From Catajapyx aquilonaris (taxonomy: Eukaryota), in contig JYFJ02001050.1 of the NCBI GenBank assembly GCA_000934665.2, positions 1-64,000 of the forward strand: DNA of 64,000 bases, given 5' to 3'. Shown here piece by piece: positions 20,701-32,200 of the stretch. A program made the translations under genes and the position numbers. A model generated the notes under the pieces. It ran no database searches, was not told where the DNA came from, and worked only from the letters and a program-made list of their open reading frames with translations. How positions within the stretch are numbered: the first letter of the stretch is position 1; the number at the start of each line of letters is the position of its first letter.

Positions 20701-23700
20701 TCATAGCGAGTCCAGGCCTGCAAGAAAGGAGGTTGCGTCCCATCCGTCCAGATCCTGCGGAGGACTCTGCATGCTGGAGAGGATGTCCGGGGATGTCAAC
20801 TGCGGGAGGGGAGGAGGAGGAGGCGTGGATTGGACAGGCTGGCTCATTGTCATCTGGTCCCCGGACTGGAGGTTGGCGGAGGCTTCCTCCTCCTCCTCGC
20901 AGCACCTGCCTCGGTCTTCCATCTCGGTCTTGAGCCTGTCCAGAGTGCGGAGGCAGACCACCACGCAGCATCCGCCCTTGGAGGTGCAGCCACTACCCAT
21001 TTCAGATCCAGGGCCGCCCCTGGGGTTGGCCCCTGGGCAGGTGCAGGTACTCCTTATGGCCCCCTGGTGGCAGGCACCTCCACTCGCCTGGCACCCACTC
21101 GAGGCAGGTTTTTCAACGGGGAGTGGCGCAGTTGCCGTTTCGTTGTTCTGAATCAGAAATCATTTTATGAATTATTTGGTCAGGTACGAAACACCTGACT
21201 CGTTCTAACCTCTCTGACAATCCCGAACATGTTGGCCTGAGTCCAGTCAATGGGTTGGCTTGGCATCAACGGTGGCGGAAGGAGGGAACTGCTGCTGCTG
21301 GTGTCCAGTCCAGGTACGACGGCAGGCGGAGGAACCGCTGTCGAGGCAGAGGGTACAGAGGACGATGGCCCAGAGGCAGAAGGCGACGCTTCAGTGCCTG
21401 CACCCGGAGGAATCAAACCACGGACGACAACGTTGGCCTTTTGGTTGGTCAAGGCCTCCATGGTGCTCTTCGTCAGGGGAATCAAAGCGTAGGCTGGAAA
21501 GTAATTCACGGCTTACAAACACGTTCAGTACAGGCCTCATACCATTCGCACCTTGCACGTTCCCCCCTTGCGAGGGCAAAGTGGTGATCCCAACCATGTC
21601 CGGACTGACCAGTGTGTACCTCGCGTCAAGGGTTGTTGCAGGGGAAGAGTCAATCATGGGCGTAATGGAGGTGGTCACTCCGCCAACAGTCACCTGCAAC
21701 AACATAGGTTATTACAAGGCTGCCTCTGTTCCGCAACGGGCACTCACCTGTATGGTATTACAGTTGCTGGCTTCCGCCTGTGGCCCGCTCCCACCGTCCG
21801 TGTTTTTCTGATGCCTTCGGACATGCGACTTGAGCGAATGCTGCGTTGCGAATGCCTTACCACAGTCGGACACCTCGCACGAATATGGCCTCTCGCCGGT
21901 GTGGGTCCTGACATGCGTTTTGAGATGATGAGAGGCGGCAAATGCCTTCCCACACCCGTCCCTTTGGCAGCGGTAGGGCTTCTCCTTAGTGTGTGTGCGC
22001 ACATGCTTCTTCAAGTCACTAAGAGTGGTGAAGAACTTGGTGCATCCTTCGGCGGCTAAGCATTTAAAGGTTTCACCAGTGTGGAGACGCTCGTGGGCCC
22101 TCAGCCTGTAGAGCGTGTTGAAGGCCTTGTCACAACCAGAAGTCTTGCATTCAAAGGGACGGTCCTTCGTGTGGATTCGGACGTGGACTTTCAGCGAGTA
22201 GGACGTCAGGAAGGCCTTACCACAACTTGGCTCAACACACTTGAAGCGGAACTCGCCTGGAATTCGCAAGTGAAGTTAATCAACAAAAGACATGCATAAT
22301 TTCCTAAATTACGTGTCATTTTCAATCACAAAATTGGGCACGTCTATTTTGCCCAGATTAGAGAAGTAAATGAACACACAGCCTTTTCATTAATTTCTTC
22401 CTGGATTGCTTCACTATTTCAGGAAATGAATCAGTCACACATGTACACAGCACGTCTTATCAGCTACAAAACTGCACACAATCATGATTACATGGCAATG
22501 TGATTAACAGTCTGGGGAATGTACTTGTGTGTGCGATACACACAGACACGTGTGGAAATATTTGTAAGAAGCGAGGCAGTCTAAATATAACTACATACCA
22601 ATATAAATGACAGAAACATGTAACATATTTTTTAATCAAATATCTAAACATGTAGGCTACTTCCTGTATAAAAATGTAATTCTGACAATAAATTCCATTG
22701 CGATGATCTTCAAGAAAACAAATTGAACTCGAACGAATCGGAATTGTAATTTGTCACATTTCTTGACCAGACTCCAGCCACTCACCTTTGTGCGTCTTCA
22801 TGTGCGTCCTAAGATTTCCGGCCGTACTGTACGTCCTGGGACACCCGTCGTACTCGCACAGGTACCGCTTCACCTCCTTCTCGTTGGTGTCGGGATTGCG
22901 GCTCTCAATTGTGATTGTTGCATGGGTTGGATTTTCAGGCATGGGCGAGTCACCAGGGTGTATCTGCATGCAGATCTCATTCGCACTTATCGTATGATGG
23001 ATGTAACTGGGTTTTTTTTAAGTAAAAAAAAAAAAGAATGATATTAAAAAATGGCTGTCTGCGCAGAATGATCTGGATACACGTCTAGAAACTGATAAAA
23101 GGGTCCACATGACATGGGGGGGAAAAATAGAGCATCCCTTTTGATGCGCAACAGGTCACTAGGCTGGGAGATTATCAGTTCAGAGGTCAAGCTCCAGCCG
23201 GTCATTGCCTCTTAATTATTCCAATTTTTTTTTCTCCCTCTCTTATCTACGCCATGGCAGATTTGAACTCCCAGACGGAACGGAAAGAGCGGACACATAG
23301 GGACACCTGCGGGCTGCACCATATGGCGGCCCTTTCCGGCTCCCTCCGCAATGACGACAGGTGAGTTCCAGCTGCTTACCCGTTGCTGTTCCCTGCCTGC
23401 CTGTGGTTGGCAGGGGTCCAGTCCCTGGGAGCCATGAAGGAGATGATGGTCTCTTCCTTCTCGTCGTTGTCGTCGTCGTCGTCGTCCTCATCCTCTTCCT
23501 CCTCCTCCTCGTCGTCGTCGTACCACAGCCTCCCTGCCTGTTGGTGGCTGGTCTCGTCCTCCTCGTCCTCCTCCTCGTCGTCATCAGGCGGCTGCTCCTT
23601 GATTGGGATGTTGTCCGGATCCTCCCTCTGGCTCCTCTCCACCCTGGCCAGGATGTCCATGGCCTCCTCCAGTCCGAACGGATCCCCGTCCAGAAGAGGG

Positions 23701-23726
23701 TCCGTCTGCCCCTCCTCGTTGTCCAT
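20701..23726 (-). CDS. MTF1: Metal-responsive transcription factor 1. Exons 23726-23380, 23006-22786, 22256-21748, 21693-21543, 21493-21210, 21147-20701
   Basis: [28 protein letters not shown]; six C2H2 fingers including [54 protein letters not shown] and [11 protein letters not shown]-terminal CCVVVCL cluster. Confidence 0.97.
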
Positions 23727-26015
23727 GTCCTCCCCCCCTTCCGAACAAAAGACCCAAGTTCCTGGAAAGAACGAGGAAGTTCGTTTCCCTTTTCCTTTTC
23801 CAACTTTTGCAGACACTACGACGCCGCCATCTTGGATGTGCTCAGGGTCGAATCTGGAACGGAGCCCCTCATTGGCCCACTGGAGGGGACGACGGACCAG
23901 TAGGAACAAGCGTTACATGGCTACCGACAAGGACGTAATATAACATGATGATTCCGAGTTGAAATGGAGCCAGTGAGCGGCCATGTTTGATGGAGGCAAA
24001 AGCGAGGGAAGATTTAAATGTTGCTGGCTGCACATATGTTGAAATGGGTTCGATTCTCCAACACATTAATTGGCAGTTGACAATTAAAACCTGGCCCTAC
24101 ACGTGCGTATGTCCTTTAGCCTGTATTTCCCTCCCCACAGGCTTATTCATGCGTCTGAAACTTCATGCTAATCAACTTGATCAGCATGTGCGGAAGGGAA
24201 AGCTGGTGGTATTTTGCATATCCGGCGGTTCCCCGAGAGGAATTCCTGCGCCTTGCTTGATCAGAACCTGTGAGTCATCATGAAGGTGACCAGCCCAGCA
24301 CATGCATTGCTTTAATTAATACTGAGACGAATCCATTTACGAAATCTTCATCTTGGTCCAGGTGGGCATCATCATGACATGTGGATGTGGCTCGAGGCAG
24401 GCAAAGAAATGAAAGTTCAAAAGTAAAGCGCACAATTTGGTTGGAGATCTATTTTTTTTATACAACTCAACAAAGTTCCAGCATATTATATATTTTTTTT
24501 CTTCTGTTGTACATTTATGTGATGCGCCGGCAAGACATTTTTGCTGTACATGCCACAGGGTCAGTAATAGCAACTGGTGATTGCCTGAAGGAAAAGTACG
24601 TGAAACCATGGGAATAATACAAAAAAGTAAGCGCTGTTGTGTGTGTATGTACTGTACTGTTAAGCTGCAGGGATGAATAACAATCGCGCAGGGAGATTGA
24701 GAATCCATTGTGTCATCTATCATCCACATTTATTGAAATTGCACATTTGATAAGTAAGTTTTCTCAAAGGTGAACGAAGGATCGGGAATCACATCCTCTC
24801 TCGTAATTATTTTTAATTACCTCCCCTCCTCCCATTATATCAACAACACCTGCTCGAAATTTACCCTGCTCTTTTTTTAAAACAAAATTATTAAGGCCTC
24901 TGGGTACATCCTTATACCTCCACCTTCTGTCGCCAAAAGAAACACCCTGTAATATTTTTTCCCCTTTCCGACTAAACGTGTTAGTAAGCATCATTTTGGA
25001 GGCTCCCATGGCTTCAGAAACATCAAAAAAAGTAACATAGGTATAGAAACAACTGACGAAAAAAAAACGAATAATTGCAACGTGATGTGGCAAGAAGACC
25101 ATAGTTCCTCGTAGGCGTTTTTTTTAAATGTATCTAAAAGGTGCAAATGTGTCTCGTTAATTAGTCTGGTAGCAGTAATAATAACAGCTTAATAATTACA
25201 AAGGCGATATATAGGTTTTTTTTCATCTCTCTTTCTCTGTTTGATTTCTTTCTTCTTCGTTCTCTCAGTTTATCTCTGGACGAAAAAAAAGAAACGAAAC
25301 AGTAACAATGGTAGCAGTGGCTAAGTGACCCTCGGAGGTGTCTACTAATAAACAGATTAACAATCAGCACCATAATGATTTTCTGTGTGTCTTGTTTTTA
25401 AAAACTAAAATCCTCCTTCTTCATAATAATATCTCTCTCTCTTTCTCTCTCACTCACTCTTTCGCTCTTTCTCTCTCTTTCTCTATATATTTTTTTTTTC
25501 TTCTGATAAAGAGTGTGCATACGTGCAACTACACTAAAGCTGAAGCCGCACTCTCTATTTCTCTCCCCTTCCAGGCCGGAATATATCGACAAAAAAAAAA
25601 GAAAATGGCACAGTCCACTATAACAATAAGGCGAGTGCGTTGTGTGTATGTATTGTATGCATATGTGTCGTGTATTGTATACATGTGGAGAGTGAGGCAG
25701 CAGCTTTACATATAGGCACAGTGACTTAGGGCACGTGTGTATATTATAATATATAACATTTTTGGGTGTGGGTATTATTATTTTTTTGTGTGGTGTGTGT
25801 CGTGTCCCCCCCTAATCTTCATCATACAGTGGTCAACCCCCCTATCACCACAATAAAAAGTAAAAATTTTGATAATATTTGCTGCAATTATATATAGGGA
25901 AAAAGGAAGAAGGGTACTGGGGGAGACTTTCTTTTCTTTTTCCAAAAAAAAGGGAGGGCAGTACAAGTTGTTTAGTAGTGTGTGGTTGTTGTGAAGATGG
26001 TGTGTGGCGTGTGCT

Positions 26016-29000
26016 TTACATGAGCTTCTGCTTGGCGCACTCCGGGCAGATGATGTCGTCTCCGTCGGTGATGAACCCGCGTCCAACCAGGGAGGTCTTG
26101 CACTGGGCGCAGATGAAGCAGTCGTTGTGCCAGTGGCGGTCCTCGAAAGAGATGAAGCGGGTGCCGCCGATGCCTGGAGGACAAAGAAACACGGATGAGT
26201 TGGTGTACATGTACGGATTGTGGGGACGACGTACCAGTGATGGGCTTGGAGCAAGAGATGCATCTCTTGGCGAAGAGCTCGCCGAAGCAGTCGGCGCAGT
26301 AAGGCTTCTCGTCACGAGAAGTGAAGCGCTGTCCGGCCAGACTGGCGTTGCAATGTGTGCAGGTGAAGCACTCGCGATGCCACGGCTCGTTCTTGTATGT
26401 CACACCTCCTGTCGTGATGATCTGACAAGGAAAAAAAGCCGTAAGTGAACCACCGAGGTTACTCCCGCTAGATGGCAGGGTGGCAGACAGAGCCATCTAT
26501 CGTACCTTGTTGCACTTGACGCATCTGGTGGCGAACTTCTCCTCGTAGCAAGTTGCGCAGTAGATCTCCTGCTCCCTCGGGATGAAAGACTTTGTCCCGA
26601 TCGGAGTCTTGCACACCACGCAGCAGAAACACTTCTCGTGCCACTGGCGGGTCTTGTACTCCATCTTCTTCGTGCCTATACAAATTAAATGGGGGAGGGG
26701 GGGGGGGGGGGAATTACACGTTAGTTTGACCAGTACAACAATTTGGGAAATATGTACAGTACAGCTCAATCATACATATATAAAACAAGCATTTCCACCA
26801 ATTTTCAGCACCAAAATGTCATTCTTCGATAAATTATCGTGGGTTTAAAAGTCACGTGCATTGGCAGGGGGAAAAGGGCGTGGTCTAAAAGGGCGCATTC
26901 CGACTCCTGCCTGACCGCAGTGACGTCAGCAGACCGGTGGCGATCCGTTCGATTCCGTTCCAACAAAGCAGCTCGGGTGCGTTCCTGCCTCTGCACCAAT
27001 CTGTTTAGCCACAGTGACGTAAGAGGGCAATACGAAACCGTATAATTAATATGATCGTAGCTAATGCGCATTTCTTCAAACAAAAAAAATCATTTAAAAA
27101 TATGGACGATGTCTTTTTTTTACATGGGTTTGCAAAATGTAGGCATTAGTTGGGAAGGAAAAATCCCGAGTGTGTATACACAGTTAATCATTCCTTTAAA
27201 TGTCAGGTGATAGAGTTATCGCAGCACTTTACCAAGGTCCGTTTGTCGTCGCCTGAAATATAACGACGTTGAGGAATGTGCGGCAAATCCGTTTTGACAG
27301 CCGGTTTACGACAAGGCGCCAATCATCGTAAGCGAACACACAGTGTTTTATCTGCAGCATATATACGTCGACAACATAAGAGAGTCGACGCGTCACCTCC
27401 ACATAGATGACATAACCTCCCGTGACATCATCACCCCCTCCTTCATCGCATGTTAATCTTCCCATGGCATAAATGTCGCAAGTTTCTCAACTTGTTATTA
27501 GCCCCCCCCCCCCCTTCATTCCCCCTATGTATCTGACAGTAACAAGGAAACGCCCCCCCTCCTTAATCCCTCATAACCGGCTGATTAGTCCCAATTGAGC
27601 TTTCTCCCAAATGAGCCCCCCCCCCCCTTTGAAATAATTTCCCTTACATCCCGTGAGCGGCACGAATCGACCAATCAGGGAATAAAATATAGGGTCGTCG
27701 GGGAGGCAGACATAAAAATAGGTCATCGACCCGACGCCCGGCGACGCCCGACCCAGACGTCGTCTCCATGGGATACCGTGTAGACAAGGTGTGTTGTTCG
27801 TCCCAGCAAAAGCGAAAATTGAAGCAAACATGCGATGCATTCAATGTCACGGAGGCTGAAAAGTGTGGGAAAGTCACGTTTCTTTTTTCATCTCCCGGAA
27901 AAGGATGATGTCACGGGCTGTTTGGTCCAGGTTGGAAAGAGGAAAGAGAACCACGTGTCCAGCCCGATAATTACGGAGCAATTATTGCCGAATAATATAT
28001 ACAAAAAAAATGCGCACAGAGTCGGAGGGAAATTGGAAGCATCCGGCTGGTATCATGAAGCACAATGAGTTTTGTCCTAATGTACAGTGTAATAAACTTC
28101 TGATGACGTGACCTACAAGCATTGAAATGACATGCGGTTCCTGTCGGTGCCATCCGATCCCCCCCCAAAAAAAGGTGTGNAAAAAAAGGTGTGGGCCAAA
28201 TAAAGAGGGTGGTACAGGTTGACTCTGATTATTTGGCCCTGGTTTAATTTGGCCAAGGTTTTGTATAGTTGCATAATATATTGTCCCATTGTCTCCGGAA
28301 TTTCTGCAGCGTCATCAGGTGCGACTTTGCGACTTGCTGTAATAACTGTGCCTGCACAGTGTCATAAATGGAGTCAATTGGAGGCCAAGGAGAATGTGTA
28401 GGTTGGCATGTAATTTTTCGTATCGTAATTATGCATTTTTTTTACATTATGTATGTGGGTAACAGGGCTATGGCGTCCGATCGATCGTGTAGCCAACCCA
28501 CGCCCATTCGCTTTTTTTCTAATCATACTTTACAAAATATGCTGCGGCCTATAGGCATGTTGCCAAAGCATTATGAGTAATATCATTCGCGGTTTTGTCC
28601 GGAGGAGGAAGACAGCTAGACGCATGGTTATTAATAAGCACTAGATAAAAACAGCTGGAGATTATAAGCGGATTATGGTTCGCAACACAAAATATTCCTC
28701 ATCCAGTTCGCTTCCATTTCAATTCGTATTTGAAATAATTGCACGTTGTATATACCTGACATGATTGTGTACGGAGGGTCGCATGTCTTCCAGGATACCC
28801 ATTATTTTCCTAACGAATTAAGTGACACCTCCTGCACTTGTACCTGGTTCTACAAGTAGTGGGTCACCCTGCAGACACCCATCCTGCAGACAGCAGCTGA
28901 ATTTTTCTCCAGGAAGAATGACCGACACGACCCCGACCTCCTGGTCCTCCTCCTCCTGCACCTCCACATGTTCCTCCTGCTTCTCCTCCTCCTCCCCTTG

Positions 29001-29199
29001 ACCCTTGACCTCCTCCTCCTCCTCGTCCAGCTTGAGCTGACCAATTTCCTGGCTAACTTCGGCCGCCATCCTCACACTACTAGTCCTATGCGCCCCTCAA
29101 ACTATTTCTCTCTGAGAACTCTAAGTACACTCGGTGCACTTTGCTCCTACGATGTGACGTAACCGGCTCTACTGGCCAATCGGGGGGGCTCTCCGAGAT

Positions 29200-29235
<36 letters not shown>

Positions 29236-32200
29236 NCTGCCACCCACACCCACCCTCAACTTCAATCAATGCGGCACGACTAGCTGCCTGATATCAAGAC
29301 TTACAAGGTTTTTTTCTCTCTCTTTTTCCCCCCTATAACCCACCTGTTATGTGGCAACATCCTGCGCACCTACAGATAACATATCTTTTTTTTAAAACAA
29401 TTACATGCGGTCACAGGGTCACCTACTGCCATTGGAAAGGTCGCGCCCACGAGCCCTCTAAAAAAAGTGCATTTTATTAATAATGGGCAAGATGCACTTC
29501 ATTGCGACAAGGGTATGACACATACACTTGTCACAATGAGTACTGCACACCCTCGGTATACACTCAGCCAATGTCGATGTGCATAAACTGGGGGAGCGAT
29601 AAAAATGAATGCCTCGCAAACAGATACACGCGCTGTGCAAATAAGTACAATTTGTAACGCCGGCCGCCAATCGGTTCAGAGGAAACCGCCTGTGACCTCA
29701 TCCTGCGGGTCACGAGTTCATAGAAAAAGGCACACTCCCAAACCACACGACCGTGACGCGTAAGGCACGTGCATATGTATGTGCATAGGTTGGGTTCGGG
29801 ATGGGTCAAAGAAAGGAGTGGTCAAGGCGTGTCCACTCGTCGGCTTTAATTATTACTAAAATATGCGTACCTGCGCGGAAGATCTCTCCGCATCCGTCGC
29901 ATCGTGAGGCGAACTGTGAGTCGTAGCAGTTCCCACAGTAGATCTTGTCAGCCTTTGAGCCGAACTGCTTGTCCACCAGAGACACGTGGCACTTGGTGCA
30001 CAGGAAGCAAGCCTCGTGCCAGTGCTTCTCCTTGTACGACAGATCCTGATGATGGTGATGATGAGGAAGAGACATTGTGTCAATCACATGCAACCATAAA
30101 GTGCGAGTGTGGTACAACACTATCTACTGTACCTTTGAGTCGATGCCGATGACCTTGTTGCACTCCTCGCAGACGTTGGCGAAGACAGACTCGTAGCACC
30201 GGATGCAGTAAGGATGGTCGTCCCTCAGGACGTACCGCTGTCCTGTCAGGGACTCGTCGCACTGCCAGCAGCAGAAGTGGCCCGTGTGCCAGTCCTTCGA
30301 CATCGCCTTCGTGTACTCGCCACTGAAAACCAACTGCAGGAAGAAGAACCAACGCTTAATTAGTCATCACCATGGCTCATTACACACTCTAATAACCATC
30401 AAGAATATAAACCCTGCGAACCTGTCCGATTGTTGCTGGTCTGGGATTCGGGAAATGTGTATACACGACACAAAATAGCTCAACCATACATGTCATTTCT
30501 CGACAAATTATCCAGGGTTTATATTGGCGGGGAAAGGGGGCGTGGCCTAAAGGGCGCATTCCGACTCCTGCCTAACCGCAATGACGTCAGCAGACCTGAT
30601 TTACCTGTGGCGATAATGCCTATAATTTGGACGATGCCAACCTATTATTATTCCCAATCCGCGGATTAATTTAGCGTTGTGTATATAGTATATATACCAA
30701 GGTCCATCTTTGGACGCGGATGGTGCTCTCTTCGTCGTCTCGGTCGTCGTCGAGGTTGGTGAAGGTGGTTGGAAACGCGGTCTGGGACGGGGTCTGGGAG
30801 GCCAGCATGGACACGTTGATGGAGGCCGAGTCTCGTCTGAGGGGAACCACATTGACCACGGAGGAATCGTCTTTATCCGGACACACCAGGACAGGCTCGG
30901 AGTCGACAGCAGCGACACTTTTCTGCTGGACATCGTCGGTTGACGGCAAACCGGAACCGGAACCTCTTCTGCTTCCGCTTCTGCTGTTGCTGGCGGAGAT
31001 CTTCTTCCAGCCGGTTTCTCCAGGGGCGGAGAGGGATGCTGGAGAAGCTGCAGGAGGACCGGACAGGAGTGCTTCCAGTTCGCGCAGGCTTCGAGAGACC
31101 TCGTCGTTCTCGTCGTTGTCGTTCATGTCGTCCTCCGCCTCGTACCACACCGACGACACCGACGACGACTGCTCCGAGCAGGTGTCCACATCCTTCGGCC
31201 TCTCCTCGCCCTGAGGAAGCTTCTTCAGCGGAATTGTTTCGGACAGAAGGTCGGATGAGCTCTTTCTGCTGTCTGCTGCTGCCTTAGGGCGCTCTTCCGT
31301 TGGTGGTTTCTTCTGGAGGGATGCTGCTGGGTCCTCGACTTTCTTGGGAGGTGCTGCCGCCTCCAAATGCTGTGCTGGTTGTGCTGGAGGACCGGGAGGA
31401 GGTGCTGAGGAAGTGTCTTTGGGCGGAATTGCATCCAGCTTTGGGGCTGGTTCTGCTGGGATTGGTCCTACTGATGGGGATTGTGCTGGAGTTGAGGAAG
31501 TGTCTTTTGGGGGAATTAGTGCCTCCGATTGTGGGGCTGGAGCTGGAGTTGAGGAAGTGTCTTTTGGCGGAATTGCCTCCGATTGTGGGGCTGGAGTTGG
31601 GGCGACTGGAATATCCACAGGGATGTCTTTTGGAGAAGGAGGTGATGAGGAGCCAGTGTCCCTTGGCATCGCCTCTATCTGCTGAGGAAGTGACGCTTCC
31701 AGTGCTTGTGGCGTGGAAGGAGCAGCGGAGGGAACTGCTTGGTCACTTGTAACTGCCACCTGCGGAGTTGCTAGAGCTGATGACTGGACAACTGCTGGTG
31801 CTACGGAAGATGTTGTGTTAATGTCTTTTGTCAGCACCTCTTTCTGGGCAGGAGCTGGTCTGATTGGAACTAGTGGTGCTTCTGCTGGTTTCTCATCAGG
31901 TAATACTTGTGCTGGTGTCGGCTGGAGTGTTGCTTCTTCTGGCTGAGGTGGTGATGGCGACAGAGGGGGCGTTGCATGTGGCTCAGAAGGAACCTCAGAA
32001 GGCGCTGGTTGACATGCGACCTGCGGAGTCCCAGCGGACAATGGCCCTGCTGCAGGTTCCACGGAAGAAACACTTGTTGTGCTAATCTCTTCTTTCTGTG
32101 ATGGTGCTGGCTCTGCTGGCACTGGCGACTGAGGTGGTGGCTGAGGCAATGATAGTACTGGTGGCTCAGTGAGCGTTGCTTCTGGTGCTGGCGACATTGG

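Noticed and set aside
23945..24330. ATGATGA and CTGA as C/D snoRNA boxes
   Set aside because: Spacing and terminal stems are unconvincing and I cannot identify an rRNA guide sequence
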